A DNA stretch of 61,850 nt, the filler included, from Sphacelaria rigidula (lineage: Eukaryota), in NCBI GenBank assembly GCA_964200075.2. It is 7 parts of 7 records of this genome, joined end to end, with 100 filler letters (N's around TTAATTAATTAA, not from the genome) between each part and the next. Parts side by side here need not be neighbours in the genome. Positions count along the whole stretch, not along the records: positions 53,101 to 61,850 come from CAXNAA020010202.1; 6 more parts are not named here. One strand, written 5' to 3'. Position numbers and translations under genes: made by a program. Below the pieces are notes generated by a model that saw only the letters and a list, made by a program, of their open reading frames with translations, made no database searches and was not told where the DNA came from. Shown piece after piece: positions 58,901-61,850 of this stretch. Position 1 is the first letter of the stretch, and each line of letters opens with the position of its first letter.

Positions 58901-59745
58901 GTGGGTCATCTGCTGAGTCTGAGAGCAATTTTTGAAGCCAAGAGTGTGCAAAATATACACCCCACCCACTTCGGCAATCATAGGGTCAGACTTGGACCGT
59001 CACACTTGATCATTCGATGAATCGATGTGGCATTCGCATGGAAAAGACCGTGCGGCCGCGATGCCCCACCCTGTTGTTCCGAAGAGTTGCCCTTACGAGT
59101 GCAAATCGTTCGAGAATAACACGTGTGCTACGCCGCAACAACAGAGTCGAAAACGTTCACATTAGCAACCTGGACTCAGAACCACAGCATCGATCGCTAG
59201 GGCACATCATCTGGGGAACGCTATTATTATCATGTCGTCTTCACGTGGACAAACCTATATAAAGCCATATGCCCCCCCCTAACGCTGATCAGAGGGTTGA
59301 CCCTCTGATCAACTGGCGAATTGACAGCGTTACACTCGCAAAATGATCAGAGGGGACAGATGACCCACCCCGACGGTCAAAGGGTCTAGGGTCGGCTCTA
59401 GCGGCCATCTTGAGGGACTGTTCATCATGCAAGGTATGTATATATGTGCAACTACGGATGGAAAGTGGACTTCACGTGAGCCCGTCGTAAGGTTCCTGTG
59501 GTCGAAACAACTTCGGACTTTTCAAACCCGACTCCGATCTTATTCCCATTCTCAACCCAGCGCACACCGAGGATACTCGGGTTAGGAATATTCATGCGGT
59601 GTCCTCAGCACAGTGTGCGTTGGTGGAGCTCAAATCGGCGATACCGCGTCGATCTGAGGGAAATAAACATTTGTGGCTGATGACTACAATTTGATGGGTA
59701 GGCACTCAAATCGACTTTCACGCGGCCATTCGGCTACCCCCGTCT

Positions 59746-59746
<1 letters not shown>

Positions 59747-59800
<54 letters not shown>

Positions 59801-59842
59801 CGCACTTTAAGTGACCCCCCAGGGGTCCAGCCGTAGTCTCAT
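59747..59842 (-). mobile_element. 3' end of the (AATC)n-tailed retroposon, with a (GATT)~13 microsatellite
   Basis: Perfect GATT run at 59747-59798 followed by the same ~45-bp core as at 15717-15760. Confidence 0.7.
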
Positions 59843-61339
59843 CTATCGCGATTTTCATCCTCCCGAGGATAAAATATTCTCTAGAGGGCATTTTATCCCT
59901 AGGTGCGGTCATAAACGCATCCTCTGGAGGGAATCGGAAGCTCCACTGACTTCCGAGGTCTGAATCTCTCGAGTGTAACAAAAAATATGGTGGTGCTCTG
60001 GAGGGCCGAGAGTCCACGAAATTCCTTCGGAGAGATGCGCGGCCCTCCAGAGGCAAAACTAGCCTCTGGAGGCGTATGATCCTACCCCTCTGGAGGGCCG
60101 CGCACCCTCTGGAGGCGTTTTTTCCTCTGGAGGCTCGAAACGTTGACCGGAACGGAGTGTTTTTGGGGGGGTATAGCCGAAATACCGCGTGAGGAATGTC
60201 TCAACAATCGAAATTTGAAGACAGAGTCGCGTGAAACTATCCTGCCACTACTGCGAAGCACTACGAAGTATATTGCGAATCAAAGGCTTGGCACTTGCAA
60301 CTCAAGTTGTTGTACAGTGGTTATTTCACGCCTGCTTGTTGTGCTCGATGGACCCTAAATCTCCGTGCATTTTGGGGGGCTGCGTGAAAGTTCTTGCATA
60401 GGGCAAAGTCATGCTCGCCGCTCTTGTTCCGTATAAATAAACGAATTCATCAATACCATGCTGCACTTTTTATTTATATCTAGTCTGGAATCAATACGTC
60501 AGCAATCCCGCGGTTCAGAAATGTGCATTTTTTTGCGGAAGGGCCTCAAGGTAAAAAAGAGCGAGCGTGCATGTAAATGTCTATCCGTGACAACATGATG
60601 CATGTGTGATCGCGTATAGGGGGTGAAATACTTTTCAGGGAGTCCTTGATGCACGAACGCACACTTGGGTCGGGTATGTATTGTAGTTTCCGCCACCAGC
60701 GCAGAAACACTCGCAGCATAATTTGCGCATCTTGATATTATATAGTTTGAACTACTTCATCAACAACCACGCAAGCGCATCACAGTTTGCAATGCGTGGC
60801 GACGCGTTTCTGTGTTTGTAGCCGTGCTGCCGCACACTATTCGAAGAATTTCCTGGACGGGTAAGCTGTCACATACAGACAACGCAGACAGCCCGACCCT
60901 ACTCACGGTGCACGATGGCCGTCCGATCGGTGAAGCCTGAAGTACGGCTAATGCGGTGGCGAGGAAAATGTGCTGGTGGCGATGCGGCAAGCTTGATATA
61001 GTGATGTCGATGTGATCTCTGCAGCATTTTGACACGTTGCGCTACACATACCATGTTGACCACAAGTAGCAGAACTAGCATCGGGTGGAAAGCCTGTGTA
61101 ACTATTTACGTGCAAACATGCACTCGGGTAAACACATTTTCAACTCATTGCGTGTGAACAACTACCCGTTAGAACATTTTACCGTTGGTGCTAGTTATCC
61201 CGTCTCACATTTGCATGTTGATGCACATCCGGTAATACAAGCTGGTTCACGCTCATCACTTAGAATTGTGTCATCAGCAGATGCCTTTCGCAATACCTAC
61301 TCAATACTCGAATACATTATATCACAGTGACCTCCATGG

Positions 61340-61591
61340 GACACTTTCGACGATAGCCCCCCCCCCAGAAGTGCATTGTTTTGGGATGTAAAATCTTCAC
61401 GTAAATCGAAATGGGAAAAGCCGAGCACAACGAGAAGCTGGGAGTTCCCACGCTTGGGTTCGTTCTAGCCAATGTCGCCAATATGAGGCGATTCATGCAA
61501 CCTGAACCCGAACATCAGGCGCTGAATAGTCATTTTTTTCTTGACACTTTAAGCTGGTTTTTTTTTGGGGGGGGGTATCGTAGAAAGGGTC
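61340..61591. mobile_element. MITE (252 bp), GAC...GTC termini, 4-bp TSD (ATGG)
   Basis: Left GACACTTTCGACGATAGCCCCC, right reverse complement GACCCTTTCTACGATACCCCC. ATGG lies at 61336-61339 and 61592-61595. Confidence 0.85.
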
Positions 61592-61604
61592 ATGGGCGGC
61601 TGAA

Positions 61605-61850
61605 GAGCGTGACATTGCCGAATTTGTGTGCAAGGCCATAGTAGTAGCGCCAACGGCGAAAACATATATCGACCAATCAGTGCCCGTCAAATTGTTCCGA
61701 AATCGATTTGACGACTTCCGAGCCCAATTTTAACCCAATCTCCACATGCTTCAAATCGTAGTAACCGTCCTCGACTGACAGTGGATCCTAGAAAATGAGG
61801 TTCATACAAAATATGGGGTTGAAGTGGCATTTCTCTTTTGCAGGGAAGAC
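61605..61850 (+). mobile_element. Terminal region of a DNA transposon (same family as 55026 onward), cut by the window end
   Basis: GTGACAT.GCCG, TCGACCAATCAG, TGTTCCGAAAT and CATGCTTCAAATCGTAGT.ACC are colinear with 55030-55190. Confidence 0.6.

Overview
This is eukaryotic, repeat-rich nuclear DNA, most likely from a brown alga or related photosynthetic stramenopile. That assignment is an inference from the intron-rich genes, a PAO-family Rieske oxygenase, a G-alpha and the style of the repeats. The window is not one locus. It is seven separate 8,750-bp pieces (1-8750, 8851-17600, 17701-26450, 26551-35300, 35401-44150, 44251-53000, 53101-61850) joined by an artificial 100-nt N44-TTAATTAATTAA-N44 spacer. 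Two partial host genes can be spliced together by hand: a pheophorbide-a-oxygenase/TIC55-like Rieske non-heme iron oxygenase (minus strand, 6 exons including a 31-nt micro-exon) and a heterotrimeric G-protein alpha subunit (plus strand, 3 exons). A third, unidentified gene is possible. The rest is mostly transposon debris: Ty3/gypsy remnants, LINE and SINE fragments, MITEs, satellites and microsatellites. The most interesting signals are (1) three MITE families with GA[G/C] termini and exact 4-bp target-site duplications, plus possible degenerate partner transposases, (2) a LINE whose copies abut poly-C tracts, and (3) an (AATC)n-tailed retroposon end whose tail seems to have grown into a ~780-bp satellite. 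I see no CRISPR, rRNA or prokaryote-style system, and most ORFs in the track are spurious.
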